From Thalia democratica (taxonomy: Eukaryota): a stretch of DNA of 64,000 nt. The DNA is taken from positions 46,004,001 to 46,068,000 of the forward strand of contig OZ241828.1 in NCBI GenBank assembly GCA_965202585.1, written 5' to 3'. Position 1 is the first letter of the stretch. Each line of letters opens with the position of its first letter. A model generated the notes under the pieces. It made no database searches. It worked only from the letters and a program-made list of their open reading frames with translations, and was not told the origin of the DNA. Below are positions 52,701 through 61,249 of this stretch, in pieces. The position numbers were made by a program, and so were the translations under genes.

Positions 52701-55700
52701 TGTATCATCTTCTTTAGAGTCAGAACTCATTGATGATGTCATTACATCTTTCATTGCGACATCGTCATCTGCAACCTTTTTGTTTTTTAAACTGTCTTTA
52801 ACTGATTTTTTTCTTTTGCATTCTATTTCTTTCATAATGTTGCTGGAATAACTAGTATGCTGAACTTGAGAAGAAGCGAGTGGAGTTGCGAAACAAGTGA
52901 TAGGAGCAACAGATGACTGCAGAGCACATTGAGTACTGACCAAAGGAGAAGGTAAAGATGGTATAGACCCACTGCGAGGAACAAACTTAGTTTCAATATG
53001 TCGGGTTTGGTTAAATACGGGTAACCAATCGTGTAATGCCTACAAGATAAAAAATACGTAGTTCAAACATTACATATACTCACGTTTGCAAAACTTAATT
53101 CATATTTTGAAGGAATGTAATTTACTTTGGAATAAATATTAGCAGTTATAAAATAATAAACAATGAACTTTACCGCAAGATCAACAACAACAGCATCCGA
53201 GACAATCCTACGACCGGTTTCGTCCTTATTAGGACTCATCAGGCAGGAATAGTCGCGAGAAACCGCTATTGTGATCTTAAACAAGCGGGCTTAAGTACAA
53301 TGCACTGAAGCGACCGTTTGTGGGTAAAGTTGAAAAAATGACACAGCTTAATCATTCACAGCTCAACGTCTCAGACATTGTCAGCTTGTTGTGAGATTAT
53401 AGTCTGCGCTCGTTTGATCAGTTTTAGCCAGTATTTATTTCGGCCATCATCAACAAGTTGAGATGTTTGTTGATGATGGCCAAACATCTCAACTTGTTGA
53501 TGATGGCCGAAATAAATACTGGCAGTTATAAAATAAAAGGGTATTTAAGGCCATAGGGGGGGGGGGGGGGGGTAATCCATGTTTTTTACAAGTTGATCTG
53601 ATTTTATAGAATTTTTTCTAAGCTTCAAGATGCTTTTTATCGTTTTCAAAAATTCGAGTTAATTTTTGAGATATGAACAGTCATAGTCGGGCCGCATAAT
53701 AGGTTCCCTATGGGAAGGGAAAACTGAAACAGCGAAAAAAGACTATTTCATTTGAAATCTATCTCCTCCTACATTTTTCAAGTAATCTTCTTCAAACTTT
53801 CACAGTCTAATCTTTATACAATAACAAAAAAAAGTTACTTTAGAACTAAAATTTTTTTTTGTAAAATTTTTTTTTTGAAAAAAAAACTTTTTTTTTTGTG
53901 ATAAAATTTTTATTTTTTTAAATTACTAAAACTCTTAAAGTAACGTTAAATTTTTCTTTTATTATAAAGAAAGTCTCCTATAAATTTGAAGAAGATTGCT
54001 TGAAAAATGAAGGAGGAGATAGATTTTTAGTCAATTTAAAATTTCCGAGAAAATTGACCCCGAAAAATTTGCGGTCCATACGTTTATATCGGAAAATTTT
54101 TACAAAAAATTAAATATCTCAAAAGTTAAATGATATCTTTGAATTCTATAAAAACTGGCTTGTAGTTTGTACTTAAAGCTTTCATATAAAGACCAAAGTT
54201 AATTTTTGTAAAAAAAAAAAAAAGTTAGACCCCCCCTATGGCCTTAAAGTAAATACTGGTTATGTTTAAAATAGTAATATGACACAAAAAATTAATTAAG
54301 CGAAATGAAACTATAAAAGTTTAGACTTATCTAAATGAATACAAATGGCAAAACTTTAAAAGCTTAGATAATCAGCCAAAAAATCATACATTATGGTTGT
54401 TTATTTCATTACCTTGCTGAAAGCTTCATTTGGACAATAATTTCCATGAATAAAACTTGATGTAGATTGATTTATACCATGACTTCCATGTGAAGAGTAA
54501 TCGCTGTCATCATCTGATACCGTAGAAGAACTACTTTGTTGTATTTCTTCCGAGCTTTCCATTTTTTCAACTTCTATTTTATAAGCTTTTGTTAGTGATA
54601 TACCGGATCCTAATTAAAAAAAAAAGAATCGGAACCGGATCCAGTTAGTTTGGAAAGACTTTATTTTCAGCGCGCGGTCAACTTCTTTCAGTTTTATATA
54701 CTTATATTATTGTGTTTTTAATATTTATATAAAATTAGTCAAGCGAAACAGACTAATTTAAGTTGAAGTAATTCAACTATTTGTTGTAAACATACAGGTA
54801 CATACATCTATATAACTAAAAATTATAGTTGTCGTGAGACTGGTAAAGTGGTCAAGTTCCTCTAGTACCGCTTAATAAACCTTAAGCTCAACTACACAAA
54901 AAGGATGTTCTCAAAATTTTTTGTTGTTCTATCTCCATTTAAATCGGAAACAAGTACAAACACTCACGAAAGTGAGCAACAAGATTCAGTTGATCAAGAG
55001 ATTGAGACAGAATTTTTTTTTTGGCTGAAAAAAAAATTATCTGCTGAAGAAGTTAAAGTCTTGTCTTGGTGGAACTCAAACAAGAAAGTTACACACATCT
55101 TGCTAGGTTTGCAAGAAGGTATCTTTTAGCACCACCATCTTCTGTTTATTCTGAAAGGTTAATTTTAGAAGCTGGTAACTTGTACGAACAAAAGCGAAGC
55201 CGATTGTTTCCAAAAACTATCGAAATACTTTTATATCTTCATAACAACTTGAAAAAATAGAATATGTTTCTTTGTAGCTTGGCGTTGATATGAGTAAATG
55301 TTGTTTACTAAACTACTTACTTTTATATATGTAAACATAAACAGTTGCTAAAGAAGTTATTGTTAATCCTATAGTTCGAAATTTTATAAATAAAAGTATA
55401 ATGTAAAAGCTAACATAATTAAAATTAATTAAGTTCGTTATTTTGTAAAGCATTGTTTTTTTTTCATTTACGTCATACAAAGTACAAAATTCAAGTTTAG
55501 TCGTACAAGTAGCTTGAAATTTAACATTTAACTGAGATTTCATATGAGCAGATTTTTTTTGTTACAACGTTCTTTTTCTTAGTTTTAAAAAACAATATTT
55601 AGACCATAATTTTGTGTTTTTTTTAACAAATGTTTGTATTAAACAATTTTTACTAATTAATGATATTATAATAACTAAACTTTATAAGTTAGTTCTCCAT

Positions 55701-58700
55701 TGAAATTACATAATAATTAAATACGTGATAATAAATAGAACGGGATTTTAAATTTTTAAAAATCCGGATCCGGTAGATCACTAGCATTTGTATTAAAATA
55801 TAATAATATCTATGAACATATCTAGCTATTTTAGAACTTAAAACTAATATGATTCTTCAATTATTTTCAATGATTTTTAATATTATTAGATAGTTTTATA
55901 ATGATTTTGTACATTCCGACCTTAAAATTTAAAAAAATAATTTATGAGTGTAACTTAACTGCATTTACTCATTTAGACAATGTTTTCAAGCCGAAAAAAA
56001 AAATCGTTATAAATAAAAGGAAAATAAATATCAATTTTTTTTTTTTTTTTTCCGAAGAATAAAGGAGTAAAGCTAAATGGAATTATTTATAAAGTATCAT
56101 AAATTTTGACAGGCTGCGGATAAGCATGTTTTTTAAAGTTTTTGGAATTATATTTTGAAAATCTTACAGTAAAACATTTGAATACCTTAACAAATGCTGT
56201 ATATTTTAATGCATTTTTCAAGATCAAATATTTTAATTAGATATGGCCGCTGAAAAATCTCATAAACATTTTAGTTTTTGGAACTTGGATTATTACGCAA
56301 CTTCTGAGACATATTTTAAATTTTGTTTTCAGCGCAACTTCTGAGACATATTTTAAATTTTGTTTTCAGAGTTAGAGCTTTATTGTTTTTAATTTACTAA
56401 AAAACTTAAAGTACATCAAGGAACACTGATACACTTACTCTATGACACTCTCCAAAATATATATACTCTTTGAATATAATCCACGAACACTTCAACTAAA
56501 CACTTTAAAATTGGTAAGGAAGTTAGTAACATCTTATAAAAAAATCAGAAATTTATTTTAACGATTCAGAAATTTTTGAGCATTTATATTGCCTACAAAA
56601 ACTAAATGCTTATGGAGAAAGAAATTTACAATGTAAACTAAAATTAACACGTTCTCAAACTTGTTTTTTAAAATTCAGAAATTTTTAAGCACTGACAAAA
56701 ACTGACATTTTCCTATATTTAACACAGAGTTACCAAAGATTTTTTGTAAATTTCTTCAAGGTTTTCTAAAATTCTTTAAAGTTTAAAAAAAATAAGTTTT
56801 TTAGTCCATTTCAGTATAAAAAAAAATTATTTTAAAAAATGTCTTCAATGTATAACAACATTGAAAAAATACTTTATAGCTACTTTAAATGTGTCTTTTA
56901 ATGAAAAAAAATTGAGGCAAAAAATTTTTTTGATATATTATTGTATTTTATCGAAATTTTGTTAATTTACAGTTTACATGCAAAACTAGTTTAAAATTTC
57001 AGTTTTTTTAGTGATTTTCGTTCAAAAATCCAGGTTTTTCAAGGTTTTTTACAAAACTTCTCAAACTCCAGGTTTTTCGAGTCTTTTTTTGCCTAAAATT
57101 TCAAATTCAAGATTTTTTGGCAACCCTGTTATTATAATTAAAGCTATAAAAATAAATCACCAATTTAGATAAAAATTAACAATTTAATTATGTTTTAAAA
57201 ACCAAGTTTTCAATTTTTTTAGAAATTTTCAAGCATTTGAACTCACAAAAACTTACATTTTGCAAAATTTTCTTAAATAAAAACTGATTTAACCTGACAC
57301 ATAAGAACCCGGATATGATCACTTAACTTTTCCTGCGCACATTGGAATAAATAAATCCTTGCAATTTGAAAGAAGCCAAACTATGTCTCTTGAATGATCC
57401 CACGGTCAACCCTTGGTCGAATCAGTTGAAGTGCTTACGGCATTACTCTATCATTGGATAAACCAAAATCTTGCTGGTGTTCCTTTTTGTACAGGTCGAG
57501 AAATCTGCACACTACATCACAAGGTAGATCCGCCGTCTGGTACTCATATTCACAGACTGGGCACTATTACAAACACTTTCAATTGTTGATAATAAGATCA
57601 TTCGTAGAGAAAAACTCTTCATTAATTTTTTTAGTTTATATAGTTTTAAATGATGAACGACCTAATGAGATAATAATATTAAACGAAATACGAAACAATG
57701 AGCTACATAACTCTACATACATTTTAATCAATATGTATTGCTTTCTTAATAGAAGATTATAATTTACTGTTACTTTCTTTTAAAATTTAAACTTTTATTG
57801 TTTATTTCAAGTTTTTAAACTTTGTACTATTTCTTATAGTACAAACAGCTGTTTTTCTTCTAAGATGTACTTTTGTTCTTTTGAATAATAATTTTGATGT
57901 AAATACAACGTACTGAATGCTTTTATCCTTTAGCATGTGTATTCATACGCTACATTTGATTTCAATTCATGAGGTGTTGTTTCTTTATATTCTACACTAG
58001 GTTTTCTTATGTAAAGGATTTTTGAGAAGTTTCTAAATTCTGCTTTGCTTAACATTTATTTAGGGTTATCTCCTTTTCTATTCTCTAAACTCTTTAGTAC
58101 ATCATCAAAGAATTGTGTTGGATAGTTGCTATTTATAAATTTTGCTAGTAGTTTTCAGACATCTTGTTTGTATATGGTGTTAGTGACAAAATATTTGTAG
58201 CAGTATTAAGAAAATAAAAAACTAACTCTTCCTAAATTAGTGCAAAGGATCTTAAATTTAAAACAACACCTGTATCCGTTTTTTTTTTGTTGTGTACTTT
58301 AGTTTTTTAATTTATCACTATGTTTAATCATTATATAAAAAATAAATTAGTTGATTTGTGAATTTCTTCATCTTAATGTGAAAATTATCAAACATCACTT
58401 TTTTTTTCAAAAGATGCAAAAAACATCATCCACGTAACGCTAATATAAAAATGATTTGTTATTGTCTCTTTCACAAAAAAGGTCACAAAACATGATCCTA
58501 TAAATAAACTAGCTAATCTGGGAGCTAATGGATTACTCATACAGTTCAAGTAATGAATTTCTTATTGTGTTGAAATAAACGTCCAGTAACTGTTTTTAGC
58601 AAATTAATTATTTCTTAAAGTTTTTTTTTCAGGTGTCTTGTTTAGTACTTTTTCTATATTTTCGTTTAAGGCTACATTAGAGAATAAAGAAACTAAGTCG

Positions 58701-61249
58701 AAGCTTATACGATAGTCTTCAACTGTATGTTTAAATTTGGACTTTTTTAAGAACTCCTGATTATTTTCAACACAATATATTTTTGAGACATACGGTTTAA
58801 CAGTTGTATCCAATAGCTTTGATAATGTTTGTATAGATATGTTTAAAGTTGTAACAATTGGTCTCTCAGTGAGTAGTTACTTTATTTACTTAACAAACAC
58901 CAAATTACAACCACATATTTACCTGTTTAGGCATACTTTGATAAAAAGAAATACACAATTCAAAAAACTAATAAAACAAAATTTTAAATTATTTATGAAC
59001 ACAGGGTTGCCTGTCTTTGGTCAAAAAATCTTCCCTGAGTGACTAGAAACTTCTCTGAGTAACTTTAAACTTCACTGAGTTTCCCTAAGCTTATTTTTAA
59101 ATCCTTAAAAATTTTGTTATTTATAAAAAAGTACAATGTTAGTTCTATGAATATTGAAGAACTAGCCGAAAGGCTTAAAATTTTCTGAAAAAGCACTGAA
59201 AAATAAATAAAAATAACTGTTTTTGAACAAAATTTTGAAACTGGACCAACTAAATCTCATTCTAGATCTAGAAAAAAAACTTTCCCTGAGATTTTTTAAA
59301 AAAACTTAAAATTTCCCTGAAATTTTTAGAAAAAACCAAAACTGCCCTGAGTTTCCCTGAGTTTAAAAAAAAGAATCAAAATTCCCTGAGTCTCCCTGAG
59401 ATTTTCTATAACTTGAAAATTCCCTGAGTTTCCCTGAAATCCCTGAGTGTGTGGCAACCCTGTAAACACAAAGAGTTTCCCTGAGTTTAAAAAAAAGAAT
59501 CAAAATTCCCTGAGTCTCCCTGAGATTTTCTATAACTTGAAAATTCCATGAGTTTCCCTGAAATCCCTGAGTGTGTGGCAACCCTGTAAACACAAAGAAA
59601 TTCAATACATTGATGATATGTGGTGATAATTAAGTAGTAAAATTAGCGATACATGTAAAGTACACTAAGATAAATACTCATTTAGATTAATATCAAATAT
59701 TTTTTATGTAATAAAAATAAAGACAATAAAATAAAAACAATTTGCGCAGTACTTTTCTTTATTGAACTGACATATGTTTCTGTGCGTTAAACAAGTAAAC
59801 ACACTTCAACGAAGTTCTTTGAAAAATTAAATAAAGTTGCAAGACAAGAATAGAAGATAAAGTAGGTTTGTAAAATACAAACATTCAAAAAATAATACAA
59901 AAAAACTATTTAAAAAAGTTACAAAAGTAAGTTTTGGTGTTTATAAATGTGTTAAATTACAGCTGAAAACTAAAAATAGTTAGAAAAGATTTATTAACAA
60001 CTTATAAAGAATTATTAATTGTCATTACTTAACAACACTTTAACTTTTTTACTTTTCTTTACATTAAGATTTATTAAGTATCACTGTTATATCTAATTTT
60101 TTTTTAAACTATTTTAACAAACTTTGTTTTTTTTTATCTGTAGATTTCCACCAAGTTGAAAGTGTGTGAAGAGCGACAAAGTTACTTTCAAACTCACAAT
60201 TAGGATTAGTCAATACACCATTTAAGTATGGTTTTAACTCTGTCGATCTTCCTACAAATATTATATTAACATGTACTTATAACAACAATTTTTCATTATA
60301 GCTAAAATTATGGTACCTTTTTTGTTAAGTAAAAAAAAATACCTTTGTAAGGCCCGAGGAAAACCCTTTTAGGATCATAATCGTTAGCATGAAGATTATC
60401 CCAGACCATAGTTTTCCGTTTCAAAACTTTATTTAGTTGCTTAATTGAATCAACAGTTATGATATTCGAAACTACTTTCGGACCTTTTAATTTATACAAA
60501 TTCTAGATGTTTTAACATAGTAATGTAGTTAGACTCTAACTTGGATCTATAGAAGTACATACTAAAGACTTAAGGAGTACTGAAAAAACTATTATTTTCA
60601 CAATAAGTTAACATTTGTTCCATTTTAAAGTTAAATTTGAAAGCTTAGGAATTAAAGAATCGAAAACTAAATCTCAGAGGTTTGCATAAAATATACAAAA
60701 TATTTAAAAATAGAAAATATAACTAAGAAGTTTATAGCTTTCAATAAATTAAAAATTTTAAAGTATTGTTAGACGAGATATATAGGGATTACAAAATTTG
60801 CTTAAATAGTCGTCTTTGTAAGAAAATAATTAAAAGACTTAGTTAGTAAAAAAACATTATAAATAAGAGAATTTAATACTGTTGCAAAACATTTAGTGAG
60901 ATTAACAAACTGATCAACGAACTATAGATAAAACTGATTTTGTTAGTGGATATAAGAAATATCTATTATTATAACCAAATATTCAAATAAGCAACTTATA
61001 ATATACCACATATTACATATACCTATGTATTCTGTGTAAAAAAAATAACTTTCACATATTTTAAAATAACTATAAAACCTGTAATATACGATAGAAATTT
61101 TTTTTTATTAATATACAAAAAATAATAATTGTCATGTGCTTAAGACTAACCAGTCCACATAACTGAAATTTCTGGATGAAGTTCTTTACCTAATGTCAAC
61201 AGATACTGGGAATTTTCAACATTAGGATTAGCCATTGTGCGACAATATT
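28984..61249 (-). CDS. OGA: O-GlcNAcase (protein O-GlcNAc hydrolase, GH84 plus pseudo-HAT domain); gene span in this window, 13 exons, 5' exons outside the window
   Basis: The hand-assembled 13 exons total 2315 nt in a continuous frame with GT-AG introns. Motifs [37 protein letters not shown] and LGRAF* match recalled human OGA/MGEA5. Confidence 0.95.
30180..30503. mobile_element. hAT-type MITE in the last OGA intron
   Basis: TIR TAGGGGTGGGTAA / TTGTCTACCCCTA. The 8-bp TSD copies CTCTACAC and CTCTAAAC match at 7/8. Confidence 0.75.
30793..30964 (-). CDS. OGA: OGA exon (KAIKLL...QYPSLLTL...[11 protein letters not shown])
   Basis: Acceptor tttattcag, donor A|GTAAGT, 172 nt. Matches human FPSLIKM...MMACLLSSLKAN. 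Confidence 0.92.
31364..31568 (-). CDS. OGA: OGA exon ([26 protein letters not shown]...SAVK)
   Basis: Acceptor ttattttag, donor AAA|GTATTC, 205 nt. Matches human [25 protein letters not shown]. Confidence 0.92.
32647..32732 (-). CDS. OGA: OGA exon (SLLTEVC...KQLPGD)
   Basis: Acceptor ttaattacag, donor TT|GTTAGT, 86 nt. Phases fit both neighbouring exons. Confidence 0.85.
34411..35479. mobile_element. hAT-type non-autonomous element, 1069 bp, perfect 8-bp TSD
   Basis: ATTGATAA at 34403-34410 and 35480-35487. The 16-bp TIR is CAG(G/T)GGCGTAGCGTGG. Confidence 0.85.
35573..35677 (-). CDS. OGA: OGA exon ([12 protein letters not shown]...[12 protein letters not shown])
   Basis: Acceptor ttttacag, donor GAG|GTTTGT, 105 nt. 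Matches human RLLPIDGANDLF...YTIRPYFPKDE. Confidence 0.92.
35752..35831 (-). CDS. OGA: OGA exon ([27 protein letters not shown])
   Basis: Acceptor tttaaacag, donor CAA|GTACAT, 80 nt. Matches human DQEPWAFRGGLAGEFQ. Confidence 0.93.
37084..37700 (-). mobile_element. 5'-truncated Penelope-like element (GIY-YIG C-terminus plus 3' hammerhead relic)
   Basis: ORF 37272-37610: [17 protein letters not shown]...LSNYIWELK...LKWEIL...[11 protein letters not shown]. The relic GGTT-CTGAAGA-TATGTACTAAACATT-GAA-ACTTAGT-A-AACG lies at 37084-37124. Confidence 0.75.
40930..41930 (-). mobile_element. Decayed copy of the small hammerhead-bearing element seen at 53160-53523, split by a MITE
   Basis: 40930-41065 and 41839-41930 align by eye with 53160-53305 and 53290-53523. 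A mutated hammerhead lies at 40973-41013 (CCTAC-TTTATGA-TTTC-TAATAA-TGAC-TAA-ACCGGT-C-GTATG). Confidence 0.65.
41066..41829. mobile_element. Foldback/MULE-like MITE with 33-bp subterminal tandem repeats, perfect 9-bp TSD
   Basis: AAAGTACAG at 41057-41065 and 41830-41838. TIR is GGG(N6)GT(C/A)AGAATGACACAGC. Arrays of ACAAAATGACACGGTGCGTCACTTTGGCACGGCG occur in opposite orientations at the two ends. Confidence 0.85.
42370..42826. mobile_element. Diverged Kolobok-like element (TTAA TSD)
   Basis: TTAA|GGGTATGG...CCCCATTCCC|TTAA. The internal sequence resembles 23009-23712. Confidence 0.65.
43325..43669. mobile_element. CAGGG(T/C)TGCCA-type (hAT-like) MITE
   Basis: CAGGGCTGCCAA...TTGGCAACCCTG. 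Related fragments occur at ~8850-9050, ~21359-21480, ~39630-39995 and ~56750-57128. Confidence 0.6.
45589..45763 (-). CDS. OGA: OGA exon ([11 protein letters not shown]...[27 protein letters not shown])
   Basis: Acceptor tttttaag, donor G|GTTTGT, 175 nt. Matches human EEWRSRAAKF...[27 protein letters not shown]. Confidence 0.93.
46596..49029 (+). mobile_element. Decayed 2.4-kb hAT-superfamily (hATm-like) transposon with long TIRs
   Basis: TIR TAGGGTGCATTTGTTGCCCC matches the reverse complement of 49010-49029, extending ~140 bp imperfectly. Broken transposase frames give [18 protein letters not shown]...[17 protein letters not shown]...[12 protein letters not shown] and [15 protein letters not shown] is degraded; the subgroup call is from memory. 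Confidence 0.65.
49555..49593 (+). ncRNA. Type I minimal hammerhead with a single core substitution (G12A)
   Basis: GAAG-CTGATGA-GTGC-ATAG-GCAC-AAA-ACTCGAGT-C-CTTT. All three stems pair; only GAAA is changed to AAAA. Confidence 0.7.
49754..49779. repeat. (TA)13 microsatellite at the 5' junction of a Penelope-like element
   Basis: Direct read. Shorter TA runs also occur at ~49308-49322 and ~49621-49634. Confidence 0.9.
49780..51545 (+). mobile_element. 5'-truncated, frameshifted Penelope-like retroelement (RT plus GIY-YIG)
   Basis: RT: [15 protein letters not shown]...[17 protein letters not shown]: [12 protein letters not shown]...[18 protein letters not shown] remnant CTGATGAGGTC lies near 51525. 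Confidence 0.85.
52040..52450 (-). CDS. OGA: OGA exon (IDTDHEI...[22 protein letters not shown]...AFVDK)
   Basis: Acceptor atgtttcag, donor AAG|GTACAT, 411 nt. Matches human [22 protein letters not shown]. Confidence 0.93.
52689..53039 (-). CDS. OGA: OGA exon (ALHDWLPVF...KIMQ), stalk and disordered region
   Basis: Acceptor tatcttgtag, donor CAG|GTTTAA, 351 nt open frame. ALHDWL ~ human ALTEWL. Confidence 0.85.
53207..53247 (-). ncRNA. Intact type I minimal hammerhead ribozyme
   Basis: Minus strand: CCTGC-CTGATGA-GTCC-TAATAA-GGAC-GAA-ACCGGT-C^GTAGG. Full CUGAUGA/GAAA core, 5-bp stem I, 4-bp stem II, palindromic stem III, GUC cleavage triplet. Confidence 0.9.
53427..53523. repeat. Perfect inverted repeat, 43-bp arms, 11-nt loop
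   Basis: 53427-53469 is the exact reverse complement of 53481-53523. The loop is TTGATGATGGC. Confidence 0.95.
53549..54243. mobile_element. Kolobok-like non-autonomous element (TTAA TSD) in an OGA intron
   Basis: TTAA|GGCCATAGGGG...CCCCCTATGGCC|TTAA. Close copy of 23009-23712. Confidence 0.8.
54413..54585 (-). CDS. OGA: OGA exon ([11 protein letters not shown]...[11 protein letters not shown])
   Basis: Acceptor acaaaag, donor AAG|GTAATG, 173 nt. Phases fit both neighbours; YCPNEAF ~ human YSPQMAL. Confidence 0.8.
54593..55783 (+). mobile_element. Internally deleted hAT transposon (C-terminal dimerisation-domain relic)
   Basis: TIR TAGTGAT(A/C)TACCGGATCC. TSD copies GCTTTTGT (54585-54592) and GCATTTGT (55784-55791). 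Frames give LSWWNSN...[34 protein letters not shown]. Confidence 0.85.
56296..56369. repeat. Exact 37-bp tandem duplication
   Basis: CGCAACTTCTGAGACATATTTTAAATTTTGTTTTCAG occurs twice. Confidence 0.9.
57290..57560 (-). mobile_element. LTR-retrotransposon gag N-terminal relic
   Basis: [14 protein letters not shown]...[21 protein letters not shown]...LFQCAQEKL. Recalled similarity to invertebrate gag N-termini. Confidence 0.45.
57600..58830 (-). mobile_element. Decayed Penelope-like RT/GIY-YIG relic
   Basis: [19 protein letters not shown] (RT SFDVxSLF motif), followed by broken RT and endonuclease frames. Boundaries are approximate. Confidence 0.55.
59002..59586. mobile_element. CAGGGTTGCC-type MITE rich in TCCCTGAG repeats, with a duplicated right end
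   Basis: CAGGGTTGCC at 59002; GGCAACCCTG ends at 59462 and again at 59586. Confidence 0.7.
60123..60251 (-). CDS. OGA: OGA exon ([35 protein letters not shown]...)
   Basis: Acceptor tatttgtag, donor A|GTTTGT, 129 nt. Close match to human [31 protein letters not shown]. Confidence 0.92.
60343..60483 (-). CDS. OGA: OGA exon (GPKVVS...[22 protein letters not shown]), GH84 active-site loop
   Basis: Acceptor attaaaag, donor G|GTATTT, 141 nt. Confidence 0.95.
61151..61249 (-). CDS. OGA: OGA exon ([11 protein letters not shown]...[11 protein letters not shown])
   Basis: Acceptor actatttag, donor G|GTTAGT, 99 nt. Matches human EYCGTFCYPNV...LLPGIEVLWTG. Confidence 0.93.

Noticed and set aside
57290-57450. 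GC-richer island as a U1, U11 or U12 snRNA
   Set aside because: No match to the recalled snRNA sequences; better explained as a gag relic.
57590-57630. Minus-strand ATGAAGA-GT...AC-GAAT as a hammerhead relic at a Penelope 3' end
   Set aside because: Core and stems are too degraded to support.
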